DNA from: an uncultured bacterium
GTDB taxonomy: Bacteria; Fidelibacterota; Marinisomatia; Marinisomatales; J089
Assembly (NCBI GenBank): GCA_964535735.1
Contig: CAZHTM010000005.1
Span: 13,017-77,016 of the forward strand
Reading direction: 5' to 3'
DNA: 64,000 nt
Shown: positions 34,733-43,100 of the stretch, piece by piece
How the letters are laid out: each line of letters begins with the position of its first letter
Numbering within the stretch: position 1 is the stretch's first letter
Translations under genes and position numbers: made by a program
The notes under the pieces: generated by a model
Told to the model about the DNA's origin: nothing
The model's database searches: none
Seen by the model: only the letters and a program-made list of their open reading frames with translations

Positions 34733-36345
34733 TGAACACCCGTCGATATTCCCCTGTCCCCGGATTTACTCTGATAGAGCTGGTAATGGTTATCGTAATT
34801 ATGGCCATTGTTAGTGCCGTGGGGATTCGTACGATTGCCCGAGTAAATGCAAACCGGAACTTCAATATTACCATGGAAAACATGCTTAATTTAAAGTATG
34901 CCATCGTAGGTAATCCCAAAATGGTAGAAAACGGTGTCAGGATTGATTACGGTTATGTAGGTGATACAGGCCAACTACCAACCAGTTTGAATGACCTTAT
35001 GACTGACCCCGGCGTTGCCGGTTGGGATGGACCTTATGGGGACTATACCGGAATTCAAGAAGATCCTACTGCCATATTTCGGGATGGTTGGGGAAAGACC
35101 ATCACGTATACTGTACCAAACAACAATACCGATCCCATTACACTGTCCAGTGCCGGAGGAGGATCACCTATTGAATTGATCGTCGCTAACAATAAAAATG
35201 AAATTTTAAACAACACTGTTGCCCTTCGGGTTAGAAATAAAGATGGATATCCGCTCAGAGGTGATGATGCTACTGTCCAAATCCAATACGGTGGCGGCAC
35301 CTGGCAAACCCTATCGTACGCAACAACTTTAGGCTATTATATTGATACCGTTCCGATTGGCATGGCCACCTTACGGTTTATTGTGGCGGGCGATACGACC
35401 CTTCGCCAGCTCAGCGTGGGTCCCAACAATTCCACGACTAGCCCTAACGAAGGATTGGAATACACCGTAAATCCCGTTTTTGGAACACTAAACTACGTGG
35501 CCGGTTCCGCAAGTCTAGGAGGCACCAATAACTCGGAATTAACCTTTACAGTGAATAATTCTGGTAGTACGATTATGGAAATCGACCAAATCAGTGTTGG
35601 TTGGTCGAATTCATCCTGTTGGGAATGCGATTACGCTTATCTGGCGAACATCACGGTTAATGGAACCGATTATTGGCGCTGGAATACAACGAATCGTAAT
35701 GCTTTGGCATCTACTGACGCTCGGTTGGTGTTGGACCAGAAACTCTCCCTTTCATCCGGAAATACAACCATTGGTCCCCTTGCTTTCCAGGATCTGGTAG
35801 ATGGTACCGGTTCGCCCCAACCTATGAATGCGGTCACGTTTCAGATTACGTTTTTATCGGATCTGACGCCGAATCAAATTGTTAGTTTTTCTACGGGAGG
35901 CACCTGTTCGCCGGCAGTCATTTCCTATTCGAATTTATCCAAACCACTGAATTATCGCGTACGGTGTCAGCTGGATAATACGGGGAATGCTAAAGCCACC
36001 ATCACCGGTATGAATATTAAGTGCGATGTGAGTCCTTCACCTTACCTAGATGTTATTTCTTTTGTAGACTTAACAAACATTTACTGGCAAGCCAATCAGT
36101 CCTGGTGTGGTAATCAATCCCGACAATTGGTTGATAATTTGAACGGAGCTGAGATCACATTCTGCAAAACACAACCGCCAGTAACGGTCCCAGGAGGGAG
36201 TTACATATTGTTAAATCGGATGGACTTTTATACGAGTGCTCAAGCGGATGATAACACTAAAGCAGATGTTACCGGTGGAAATTTCACGTTAACACTCCAT
36301 TTCAAATGCGGATCTGATCAAACGATCTCTTTCACCATGCCTTAA
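34732..36345 (+). CDS. Giant pseudopilin-like protein P3 (537 aa)
   Basis: MNTRRYSPVPG|[16 protein letters not shown]; GYVGDTGQLPTSLNDL; DGWGKTITY; CWEC at 35617-35628. The ATG overlaps the P2 stop by 1 nt (TAATG). Confidence 0.8.
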   Translation: MNTRRYSPVPGFTLIELVMVIVIMAIVSAVGIRTIARVNANRNFNITMENMLNLKYAIVGNPKMVENGVRIDYGYVGDTGQLPTSLNDLMTDPGVAGWDGPYGDYTGIQEDPTAIFRDGWGKTITYTVPNNNTDPITLSSAGGGSPIELIVANNKNEILNNTVALRVRNKDGYPLRGDDATVQIQYGGGTWQTLSYATTLGYYIDTVPIGMATLRFIVAGDTTLRQLSVGPNNSTTSPNEGLEYTVNPVFGTLNYVAGSASLGGTNNSELTFTVNNSGSTIMEIDQISVGWSNSSCWECDYAYLANITVNGTDYWRWNTTNRNALASTDARLVLDQKLSLSSGNTTIGPLAFQDLVDGTGSPQPMNAVTFQITFLSDLTPNQIVSFSTGGTCSPAVISYSNLSKPLNYRVRCQLDNTGNAKATITGMNIKCDVSPSPYLDVISFVDLTNIYWQANQSWCGNQSRQLVDNLNGAEITFCKTQPPVTVPGGSYILLNRMDFYTSAQADDNTKADVTGGNFTLTLHFKCGSDQTISFTMP

Positions 36346-36402
36346 TGTTTTCCGTTTTTCCTCTAGTTATTTGTAATATGTTACTTCAAGATACCACACA
36401 TA

Positions 36403-36609
36403 ATGAATCCAATTAATTTCATTTTAATAATCGCTATCCTCGCCCTGGTCTTCGGTCTCTTATTGATGTTTAATCCCGAGTTTGTAAAAGAATTAAATGA
36501 ACTGGGAAATAAGATTATTGCCACCGATGAACAAATGCTGGCACATCGCTACATTACTGGTGCTGTTTTAGTGATCTTGAGTCTGATTCTGATTGTTATT
36601 AGTTGGTGA
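36403..36609 (+). CDS. Small 2-TM membrane protein (68 aa), paralog of 29423-29638
   Basis: MNPINFILIIAILALVFGLLLMFNPEFVKELNELGNKIIATDEQMLAHRYITGAVLVILSLILIVISW aligns with the 71-aa protein at G, P, N, N-[RK]-[VI]-I, D-[DE] and TGA. Confidence 0.55.
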   Translation: MNPINFILIIAILALVFGLLLMFNPEFVKELNELGNKIIATDEQMLAHRYITGAVLVILSLILIVISW

Positions 36610-36638
36610 ACAACAGGAAACGGAAGACCCTGTAATTC

Positions 36639-39080
36639 ATGCCCAGGGGGAACCATCCATCTGCACTAGACTCCTCCCTCACCCAACGTGAAATATATCT
36701 TCCGGTTTTAACCGGATTTCATTTTGGTCTAATCCAAGTATCCAGTTATTTCCTGTTTCAATGTTATTACACAGCCACATTTATGGGGTATTTTTTCTTG
36801 GGCGTGGCTTGGATTGTAGGCGTCTGGTTAAATCTTCGGTTTGGAAAACCATTAACATTACGACATAGTCTCTATTTATCTGCCGTATTCTATCTGCTCC
36901 TAGCTTTGGCTTTGGTTCGGGGAACTCCGAACGGATTTTTCATTCCTATTTACGAATTTCTGATTCTCGGAATAGCCGCACCTGCTGGAGCTCTTTTTCG
37001 GACACGGGCATCCACACAACCCACAGCCCACCTGTTTTTCCATGAAAACAACGGGTTTGTCATGGGATTTGTGGTTAGTCTTCTAGGATTTGTCCATTGG
37101 GGTGTCCGTTCACCGTTTATTCTTCCTGTAATCTCTTTTATTCTAATTCTACTTATATACCGTTATGGTTCTTTAAAATATCCATTAATCGTTCTGGGAA
37201 CAGGAACAATCCTTTTACTTTCCCAAGGTCTCTTTGATATAGCATTTATGATAGGATTTTTTATCTTGATCCTGTTTTTCGCACGCAAATTCACAATCCC
37301 GGTTGTAAATCAGAATCAGGAAATTTCTGCTCCGGCTATTTCTGTTTCGGGAAAAAAAATGATTCTTTTTCTCTCCGGATTTAATTTAATCATACTTCAA
37401 TTTTTTATAACCCGGGAATTTTCAACATTGTTATCCGCTTCTGAATTGTCAATACTCATCGTGGCTACAGCCTATTTCACAGGTTATTCCATCGGCTATC
37501 TCGTGGCTCCTCGTATCCCCGAAAAGTTGATTCCATTTTTAGGGTGGTTCATCCTCTTCCTCCATCTGGATATCTTTCTCTTCCTGCGATATTTTGCCGC
37601 TCTTTTAGTATATCTCGGGGCCGGATGGTGGGTGCTCATGGGACTATTGTTTATAACATCCCTTTTTACCTCAGCATTTTATTCCCTGTTTCTTCCGCGG
37701 TTGACCGATAACCGTACATTACACTTGAAATTAACTTCTACCTATTCACTGGAATTGGCAGGAGCAGTTGTAGGTACAATTTTCTTGGTCATTCACACTC
37801 TTTCGGGAGCCCGGTGGATTCAACCTGTATATTTTTTCATCCTGCTAAGCATCCTTTATCTTCTTCAACCTCGGGGCCGATGGAAGTTCACACCTCTGAT
37901 TGGAGCGTTGGGTATACTCCCTTTTCTGATATTCTATGGCCCGAAATTAAACCAAACTGTCATCCGGGATTATTATGCCCTGCGGGGGTACAGTAATCCC
38001 ACAATTTGCTATCAAACAAATAGCCTATATCATACCATCGAAATTTTAGACACCCACCCGCAGCCGGGCTTCCCTGCCGATGGTCGTTGGTCATTTATTA
38101 ACGGTGTCCTGTACTTTGGGTACCAAACTGACACTTCCGGTGCTTTTATCCAGGAAACAGGATTATCTGAATTCACTTATTTTTTAGCAGAACTCCCTGC
38201 TCGTTACCAGGTCATAAGTACTGGTCGAAAACTCAACATTCTGATTTTAGGATGTGGATCGATGTATTCCATTGGTCGTGTGGGACCTTATGCCGATAAG
38301 ATCCAAATGGTGGAAATTGACCCTGAAATCGTCCGGTCTGCTAAAGCTTGTTGGAGCCAACTGAATCAATATGATCAATGGCCCAATGCTCAAATCATCA
38401 TTGATGACGCTAAGCACTTTATTCGTACCCAAGACACGGTTTACGATTTAATCATCATGGATATTTCAGCACCTTATACTCTGGGAACTTTACTTTTACA
38501 CAATCAGGATTTTTTCCGAATCCTGAAGGATCGACTGGCTCCCGGTGGTTTGTTCGCCGAATCCACGCAAGGACGAGCCGATCCTGACTATCCCGAAAGC
38601 CAGGGGATGAAAATCCTAGCAGGTGTTGTCAATGAATATTCTGAAACTCTGGTACTAAATACCTATGGAAGTGGTCATGGTAACCATGGATTTGTCTATT
38701 CCTCCCAAGATGATTCTATCGATTGGAAACGCATGGATTCACTTCTTATCGCAGATAATATGCGATCCGGTGTTCGACTTGAAACAGACTGGGATACAAA
38801 AGTGGACTGGACCACAATCCGACCGTTTACCTATTCGAACATGGAAACACTTTTATCAGGAAACATCTGGCGCTTGACTGACCGGTTAGAACTGGATCGA
38901 ACATTTCTGGACCTAGACTGGTTACGTCGACGTTGGTCGCGATTAGCTACCTTTCATTTACAATTACCCCAAGAACTCCGTCAGCTTTTCCGGTCCCCGT
39001 GGTTTTGGGTTTGGTTTGCTTCTTTTGGTGTGACGTTTATTTGGTCTTACGGACCTTTTACTTCTAAGCGCCAAAGCTGA
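36639..39080 (+). CDS. Polytopic membrane domain fused to spermidine-synthase-like (class I MTase fold) C-terminal domain (813 aa)
   Basis: About 12 TM helices in the first ~430 aa, then YHTIEILD, ILILGCGSMYSIGRV, VEIDPEIVRSAK, IIIDDAKHFI, YDLIIMDISAP and LKDRLAPGGLF, co-linear with SpeE-family motifs. The glycine-rich loop is GCGSM rather than GGGDG. Start uncertain. Confidence 0.65.
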   Translation: MPRGNHPSALDSSLTQREIYLPVLTGFHFGLIQVSSYFLFQCYYTATFMGYFFLGVAWIVGVWLNLRFGKPLTLRHSLYLSAVFYLLLALALVRGTPNGFFIPIYEFLILGIAAPAGALFRTRASTQPTAHLFFHENNGFVMGFVVSLLGFVHWGVRSPFILPVISFILILLIYRYGSLKYPLIVLGTGTILLLSQGLFDIAFMIGFFILILFFARKFTIPVVNQNQEISAPAISVSGKKMILFLSGFNLIILQFFITREFSTLLSASELSILIVATAYFTGYSIGYLVAPRIPEKLIPFLGWFILFLHLDIFLFLRYFAALLVYLGAGWWVLMGLLFITSLFTSAFYSLFLPRLTDNRTLHLKLTSTYSLELAGAVVGTIFLVIHTLSGARWIQPVYFFILLSILYLLQPRGRWKFTPLIGALGILPFLIFYGPKLNQTVIRDYYALRGYSNPTICYQTNSLYHTIEILDTHPQPGFPADGRWSFINGVLYFGYQTDTSGAFIQETGLSEFTYFLAELPARYQVISTGRKLNILILGCGSMYSIGRVGPYADKIQMVEIDPEIVRSAKACWSQLNQYDQWPNAQIIIDDAKHFIRTQDTVYDLIIMDISAPYTLGTLLLHNQDFFRILKDRLAPGGLFAESTQGRADPDYPESQGMKILAGVVNEYSETLVLNTYGSGHGNHGFVYSSQDDSIDWKRMDSLLIADNMRSGVRLETDWDTKVDWTTIRPFTYSNMETLLSGNIWRLTDRLELDRTFLDLDWLRRRWSRLATFHLQLPQELRQLFRSPWFWVWFASFGVTFIWSYGPFTSKRQS

Positions 39081-40681
39081 AACTTTTTGCATCGCGCGCC
39101 CAAAACTGGACTCGCTTTTACTTTCAAACGTTCAAGAATCGAGAATGGCGGGCCAGGATCATTTGTTAGAAAAAACATCGGAACGCCTCTATCAACCATC
39201 GTTTTTAGTTCCGCCGTAGTTAATGGTGGTTTATAAATGGCCATACTCAGTTGACTTAACAAATACTGATTTCGTAAAACATCATTACTCTTGTCCAGAT
39301 AAGTTATCACTATCGGAGTTGCCGTTGTATAAATCCTAAAATGATTCGCCAAGTGACGACGATCTACTAGTACAATGGCTTTATCAGGCAAAAACGAACG
39401 TAATCCCATGACTAAATTGGGATACGGTGTTCCCCGAAGATAATACCCGCTAAACCCCGTCATCTCTTTACTATGATAACGCCTGAAATTTGTATAAGGT
39501 ATCACTGATTTATAGGCCTGGATATATTGATACCCATTAACAAAAATTAAAAATGTAAATACGGCGCCTAAAGTCAGAATTTTCCGTCGGCTCCCGTCTG
39601 TAAACCAGCCCAAGCCTACCAATACCATCCCGGCGAATATGGTAGGAATCCATTGCTCTGGATCCCAGGGAAGCCAGAAGAAAAAATGAAAAGAAATCAA
39701 TCCTAAATACAGAGTAAAAAATGCGGTAATTCCCGGTCGTTTTTTCCAAGCCTTTTTAATAGTCATAATCATGAATACGGTTCCAAGGACCATTTCTCCC
39801 AACATCCAAGGTCCTTCACCGGTTTCACCGATCAACATACGCCGAAAGCCCGTCCATGCTTCTACAGCCTGGTCAAGAATATGTGGGGTCACTGAAAAAA
39901 ATTCGCCAGTCACATGGTACTCAAAAAGCCATTGGAGTGCCCCCGCAACAGTGGTAATGCCATTGATCCCTACAATCAGAAATCCGAACCAAACCAAACC
40001 CGTCATCAGTGCCGAGACACCGATCAGCAGGAATTGCTTCCATGATAGTTTCCTTTTCAATACATGACCGCCTAAAACAGACACAATGGTTAAGACCATA
40101 ATCCCGTTTTCGAGATGTGCCATAACGGAGAGGGCCAGGGTAAACCCCAATATTCCTTCTGGTCCATAGAATACATAGTGTCGGATATTGGGTAAGCCAT
40201 GTTTTATCCATCCCAGATAAGCAAAGGTGAGGTAAACACAGATCTGTTGGAAAAAGAGCAGAATTTCTTTTTCTTCACCCTGAGTGGCAAACATCCAGCG
40301 ACCATGAAAGATAATCGTTAGGGATGTTAACAGAAATGCTATGCGCTTAAGCTTCAGAATACGGTATAACCCCCAATACATGAGAGCTGAATTCAAAGCG
40401 GCAAAAATAATTTCCCGAATACTCACCACCACATGTGGATCCGTACCCGGAAGCATTAGACTAACCAATCGGGTTAATGGAAGCACCAGTGTATGGGCAA
40501 AAAAGAATATGACAGTAGAGGGCATCGTGGACCAGTCCTGCACAATGGTTGCCGACATAAGGCTGTCCCAACGACGAAATCCCGGCATTGGGAAAATCAA
40601 ATATAGAATCGCTGTACAAAGCGCTAATACGAGAGCCGGGAATCCGGGACTAATATGAATATTCCTTGGTTTCATTTCCAT
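39047..40681 (-). CDS. Polytopic membrane protein (544 aa), GT-C-like glycosyltransferase architecture suspected
   Basis: About 12 hydrophobic helices plus a ~150-aa soluble C-terminus. It is the only minus-strand gene inside the pseudopilin block, and its 3-prime end overlaps 36639-39080 by 34 bp. Confidence 0.45.
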   Translation of the reverse strand: MEMKPRNIHISPGFPALVLALCTAILYLIFPMPGFRRWDSLMSATIVQDWSTMPSTVIFFFAHTLVLPLTRLVSLMLPGTDPHVVVSIREIIFAALNSALMYWGLYRILKLKRIAFLLTSLTIIFHGRWMFATQGEEKEILLFFQQICVYLTFAYLGWIKHGLPNIRHYVFYGPEGILGFTLALSVMAHLENGIMVLTIVSVLGGHVLKRKLSWKQFLLIGVSALMTGLVWFGFLIVGINGITTVAGALQWLFEYHVTGEFFSVTPHILDQAVEAWTGFRRMLIGETGEGPWMLGEMVLGTVFMIMTIKKAWKKRPGITAFFTLYLGLISFHFFFWLPWDPEQWIPTIFAGMVLVGLGWFTDGSRRKILTLGAVFTFLIFVNGYQYIQAYKSVIPYTNFRRYHSKEMTGFSGYYLRGTPYPNLVMGLRSFLPDKAIVLVDRRHLANHFRIYTTATPIVITYLDKSNDVLRNQYLLSQLSMAIYKPPLTTAELKTMVDRGVPMFFLTNDPGPPFSILERLKVKASPVLGARCKKFQLWRLEVKGP

Positions 40682-40799
40682 TTCTCAACTCAAATTAAGT
40701 CATCTATGAACATGTTTAAGCCGAAAAAATATCCTTTGTTTAGCATGACTTGCAGGGTTGCGAAATAATACCGGGTGGTTTAGTTTCTGCAACATTCCC

Positions 40800-42413
40800 A
40801 TGGTTACAATAACAAAATCCCATCGCCATCAATATTCGGGTTTTTCACTCATGGAACTCGTAATGGTCATGATCATTATCGCGATCCTTAGCGGCATTGG
40901 TGCTCGGTCGCTAATGCGTGTTTTTGACAATGCCAATGTGAACGGAACAATTGCTGAAATGCGTATTTTGGCCGAAGGGATCGTTGGAAATCCCGATATT
41001 ATGGAAAATAATATTCGAACCAATTATGGATACGTTGGCGATACGGGTCAACTCCCCCCTACTCTTAGGGATTTGGTATCCAATGAATCCGGTGTCACAG
41101 GATGGGATGGTCCGTATATCGATGTCGGTTTTTCTGATGATCCTGATTATTACCTGACCGATGCCTGGGGTAATAATTATGTGTATGTTGTACCCTCTGA
41201 CCCCACGCAACCTCCAATTATCTACACCCCTGCCGACGGGGATACCATCACTAAAAAAATCGGGAATAGTGTAAATGAACTGCTGAACAACACGATAAAA
41301 ATCAGACTATTAACTTCGAAGGATGTGGAAATAGACGACTCATCGGGTAAGGTGGAAGTGAAATATGCAGGTTCTTACCATACATTGAGTTTTAATTCGA
41401 CCGAAGGCAATTTCACGGGTTCGGTACCGATAGGAATTCATTTAATCCGGGCGATATCTGCCGGCGATACGGTGTATAAATCAGTATCCGTCTCACCGGG
41501 AAATCGAACCACCAACAACAGTATTGAAATCACAGTCTATGCCAGTTATGGTCATGTCACGTATGTTGATGGATCAGCTTCGGTGGAAACAACTACTCAA
41601 AACGAAGTGTACTTTGATGTGCATAATTCAGGAAGCACCACGATGCCCATCAATAAAATGACCCTCACCTGGGAAGCAGCCACCCAAAATTGCTGGAATT
41701 GTGCCACACCCTATTTGGAAGAAGTCAAAGTGGCAGGCACTTCTCACTGGAAATGGGATGTGAATAGTACCGCTTTATCCCCCAGCGATGCGCAAATAGT
41801 TCTGGGTGCCAAAATCCAAATCTATTCCGGCGATATGACCTTGGGTCCCTTTATTTTTAAAGATGCCGCCGATGGGACGGGCGCAGCCGTTGATATGCGG
41901 GGCACGACGTTTACCATTAAACTTCAGTCCCAGATCGCTCCAACTCAAACCATCATATTTACAACTGAAGGAGTGTGTTCTGACCCTAATCTTTCACTCT
42001 CTGGAACCGTCACTAGTGATACACGCAACGTGTATTTTCCTTTAAAAAACACGGGTTTTGTGACCACCGAATTGACCAGTATCCAAGTTAGTACAAATAT
42101 TTCCGCCTCCACCGCCTACCTGGAAACCGTGTTTCTAGCGGGAAACACGGTGTGGCAAGCTGATAATGCCAATTGTGGTTCGGTCCCCCGCCAACGGATA
42201 GATAGCAATATACAGGCGACTATTCCGTTTTCTAGTTGTAGTTATACTAATCCCAGTTGGACTGCGGGCCAGTCACAAACTCTGCGTATGCGGATTTATG
42301 ACGGCACTACTGGAACGGCCGCGGTGACCGGCGGCTTCTCAGGAATTGTCTTTGATATCACCTATAATTATGCCTGTGGTGCCTCACAGACAACATCCAT
42401 TCCGATCCCATAA
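40800..42413 (+). CDS. Giant pseudopilin-like protein P4 (537 aa)
   Basis: MVTITKSHRHQYSG|FSLMELVMVMIIIAIL; GYVGDTGQLPPTLRDL; DAWGNNYVY; CWNC at 41691-41702. It is co-linear with P2 along its full length. I moved the start from 40758 to ATG 40800. Confidence 0.8.
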   Translation: MVTITKSHRHQYSGFSLMELVMVMIIIAILSGIGARSLMRVFDNANVNGTIAEMRILAEGIVGNPDIMENNIRTNYGYVGDTGQLPPTLRDLVSNESGVTGWDGPYIDVGFSDDPDYYLTDAWGNNYVYVVPSDPTQPPIIYTPADGDTITKKIGNSVNELLNNTIKIRLLTSKDVEIDDSSGKVEVKYAGSYHTLSFNSTEGNFTGSVPIGIHLIRAISAGDTVYKSVSVSPGNRTTNNSIEITVYASYGHVTYVDGSASVETTTQNEVYFDVHNSGSTTMPINKMTLTWEAATQNCWNCATPYLEEVKVAGTSHWKWDVNSTALSPSDAQIVLGAKIQIYSGDMTLGPFIFKDAADGTGAAVDMRGTTFTIKLQSQIAPTQTIIFTTEGVCSDPNLSLSGTVTSDTRNVYFPLKNTGFVTTELTSIQVSTNISASTAYLETVFLAGNTVWQADNANCGSVPRQRIDSNIQATIPFSSCSYTNPSWTAGQSQTLRMRIYDGTTGTAAVTGGFSGIVFDITYNYACGASQTTSIPIP

Positions 42414-42452
42414 CATCCCATTTATAGTGATCTTGACATCTCTTTATCAGAT

Positions 42453-42581
42453 TTACATATTATTTATCACGATATAGAAAACAACAGCGTAGATTACGGT
42501 AATAAGAAGTAAAACCCAGAGCGGATATTTACGTTTAAATAATATTTCTTTCCAGAGTGGTTGAATGCTTTCCTGTCCCAA
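42453..42581 (-). CDS. Candidate 42-aa single-TM miniprotein (MGQESIQPLWKEILFKRKYPLWVLLLITVIYAVVFYIVINNM)
   Basis: TTG start 6 nt downstream of a perfect AGGAGG (complement of 42588-42593). It is below the ORF-track cutoff and I translated it by hand. Confidence 0.3.
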   Translation of the reverse strand: MGQESIQPLWKEILFKRKYPLWVLLLITVIYAVVFYIVINNM

Positions 42582-42666
42582 ATTTTTCCTCCTAATTCTG
42601 TTTTTACCTTAAAGTGTACCTAGTAACAGGATCATTTGCAAGCATTGACTCGTGACATAGGATTCG

Positions 42667-42696
42667 TTGAAAGTCATCTATTTTTTACAGTAATAT
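42667..42696 (+). promoter_or_regulatory. Sigma-70-type promoter candidate TTGAAA-N18-TAATAT upstream of the Hpt gene
   Basis: TTGAAA at 42667-42672 and TAATAT at 42691-42696, about 60 nt upstream of GTG 42757 (RBS AGAGG). Confidence 0.35.
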
Positions 42697-42756
42697 CAAC
42701 AGGTATTAATATTACCTCAATAAAAAGTACAACACGTCATATCTCAGAGGTGCATC

Positions 42757-43056
42757 GTGGAAAATGATTATCTAAAAGATCCGGAATTCCAAGAACTTAT
42801 AAGACAATATCTTGAATTTTTAAATAATGCCTTACCCGATGTCAAATCCAATCTCAGCAACAAAAACTTTTTAGAAGTCCAAAAATTTGGTCACAATATG
42901 AAAGGCAGCGGTGGTGGATACGGCCTGGATGAATTCTCAGAGTTTGGCGCTCAAATAGAAAAAGCCGCTATGGTTCAGGATCAACTCACCCTGGACAGCT
43001 TGTTGACTTCTTTTGAGAAAAAACTCAAAGAAACATTTGAGCGTTTCGCCGACTGA
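42757..43056 (+). CDS. Histidine phosphotransfer (Hpt) protein
   Basis: HNMKGSGGGYGL matches the HxxKG Hpt phosphorylation motif, in a 99-aa helical protein. GTG start with an AGAGG RBS. Confidence 0.8.
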   Translation: MENDYLKDPEFQELIRQYLEFLNNALPDVKSNLSNKNFLEVQKFGHNMKGSGGGYGLDEFSEFGAQIEKAAMVQDQLTLDSLLTSFEKKLKETFERFAD

Positions 43057-43100
43057 TAAACTGTTTCGCTAAAACCGACAAAAACAGGAACGGGAATTCC

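Noticed and set aside
40776-40791. Sigma-54-like TGGTTTAGTTTCTGCA upstream of P4
   Set aside because: The spacing GG-N10-GC is right, but the predicted start site would fall at or beyond the ATG (40800). This leaves no leader or RBS, and the -24 box is poor.
22331-42413. The accessory block as a horizontally acquired genomic island or mobile element
   Set aside because: I saw no integrase, transposase, flanking direct repeats or tRNA. Codon and composition style looks continuous with the core pilus genes by eye, but this was not computed.
42587-42599. The 13-mer TCCTCCTAATTCT shared with 58384-58396, both intergenic and on the same strand
   Set aside because: Both are essentially anti-SD-complementary (AGGAGGA) sequences on the minus strand. 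One 13-mer match among intergenic regions is weak evidence, and no start codon follows the second copy at a suitable distance.
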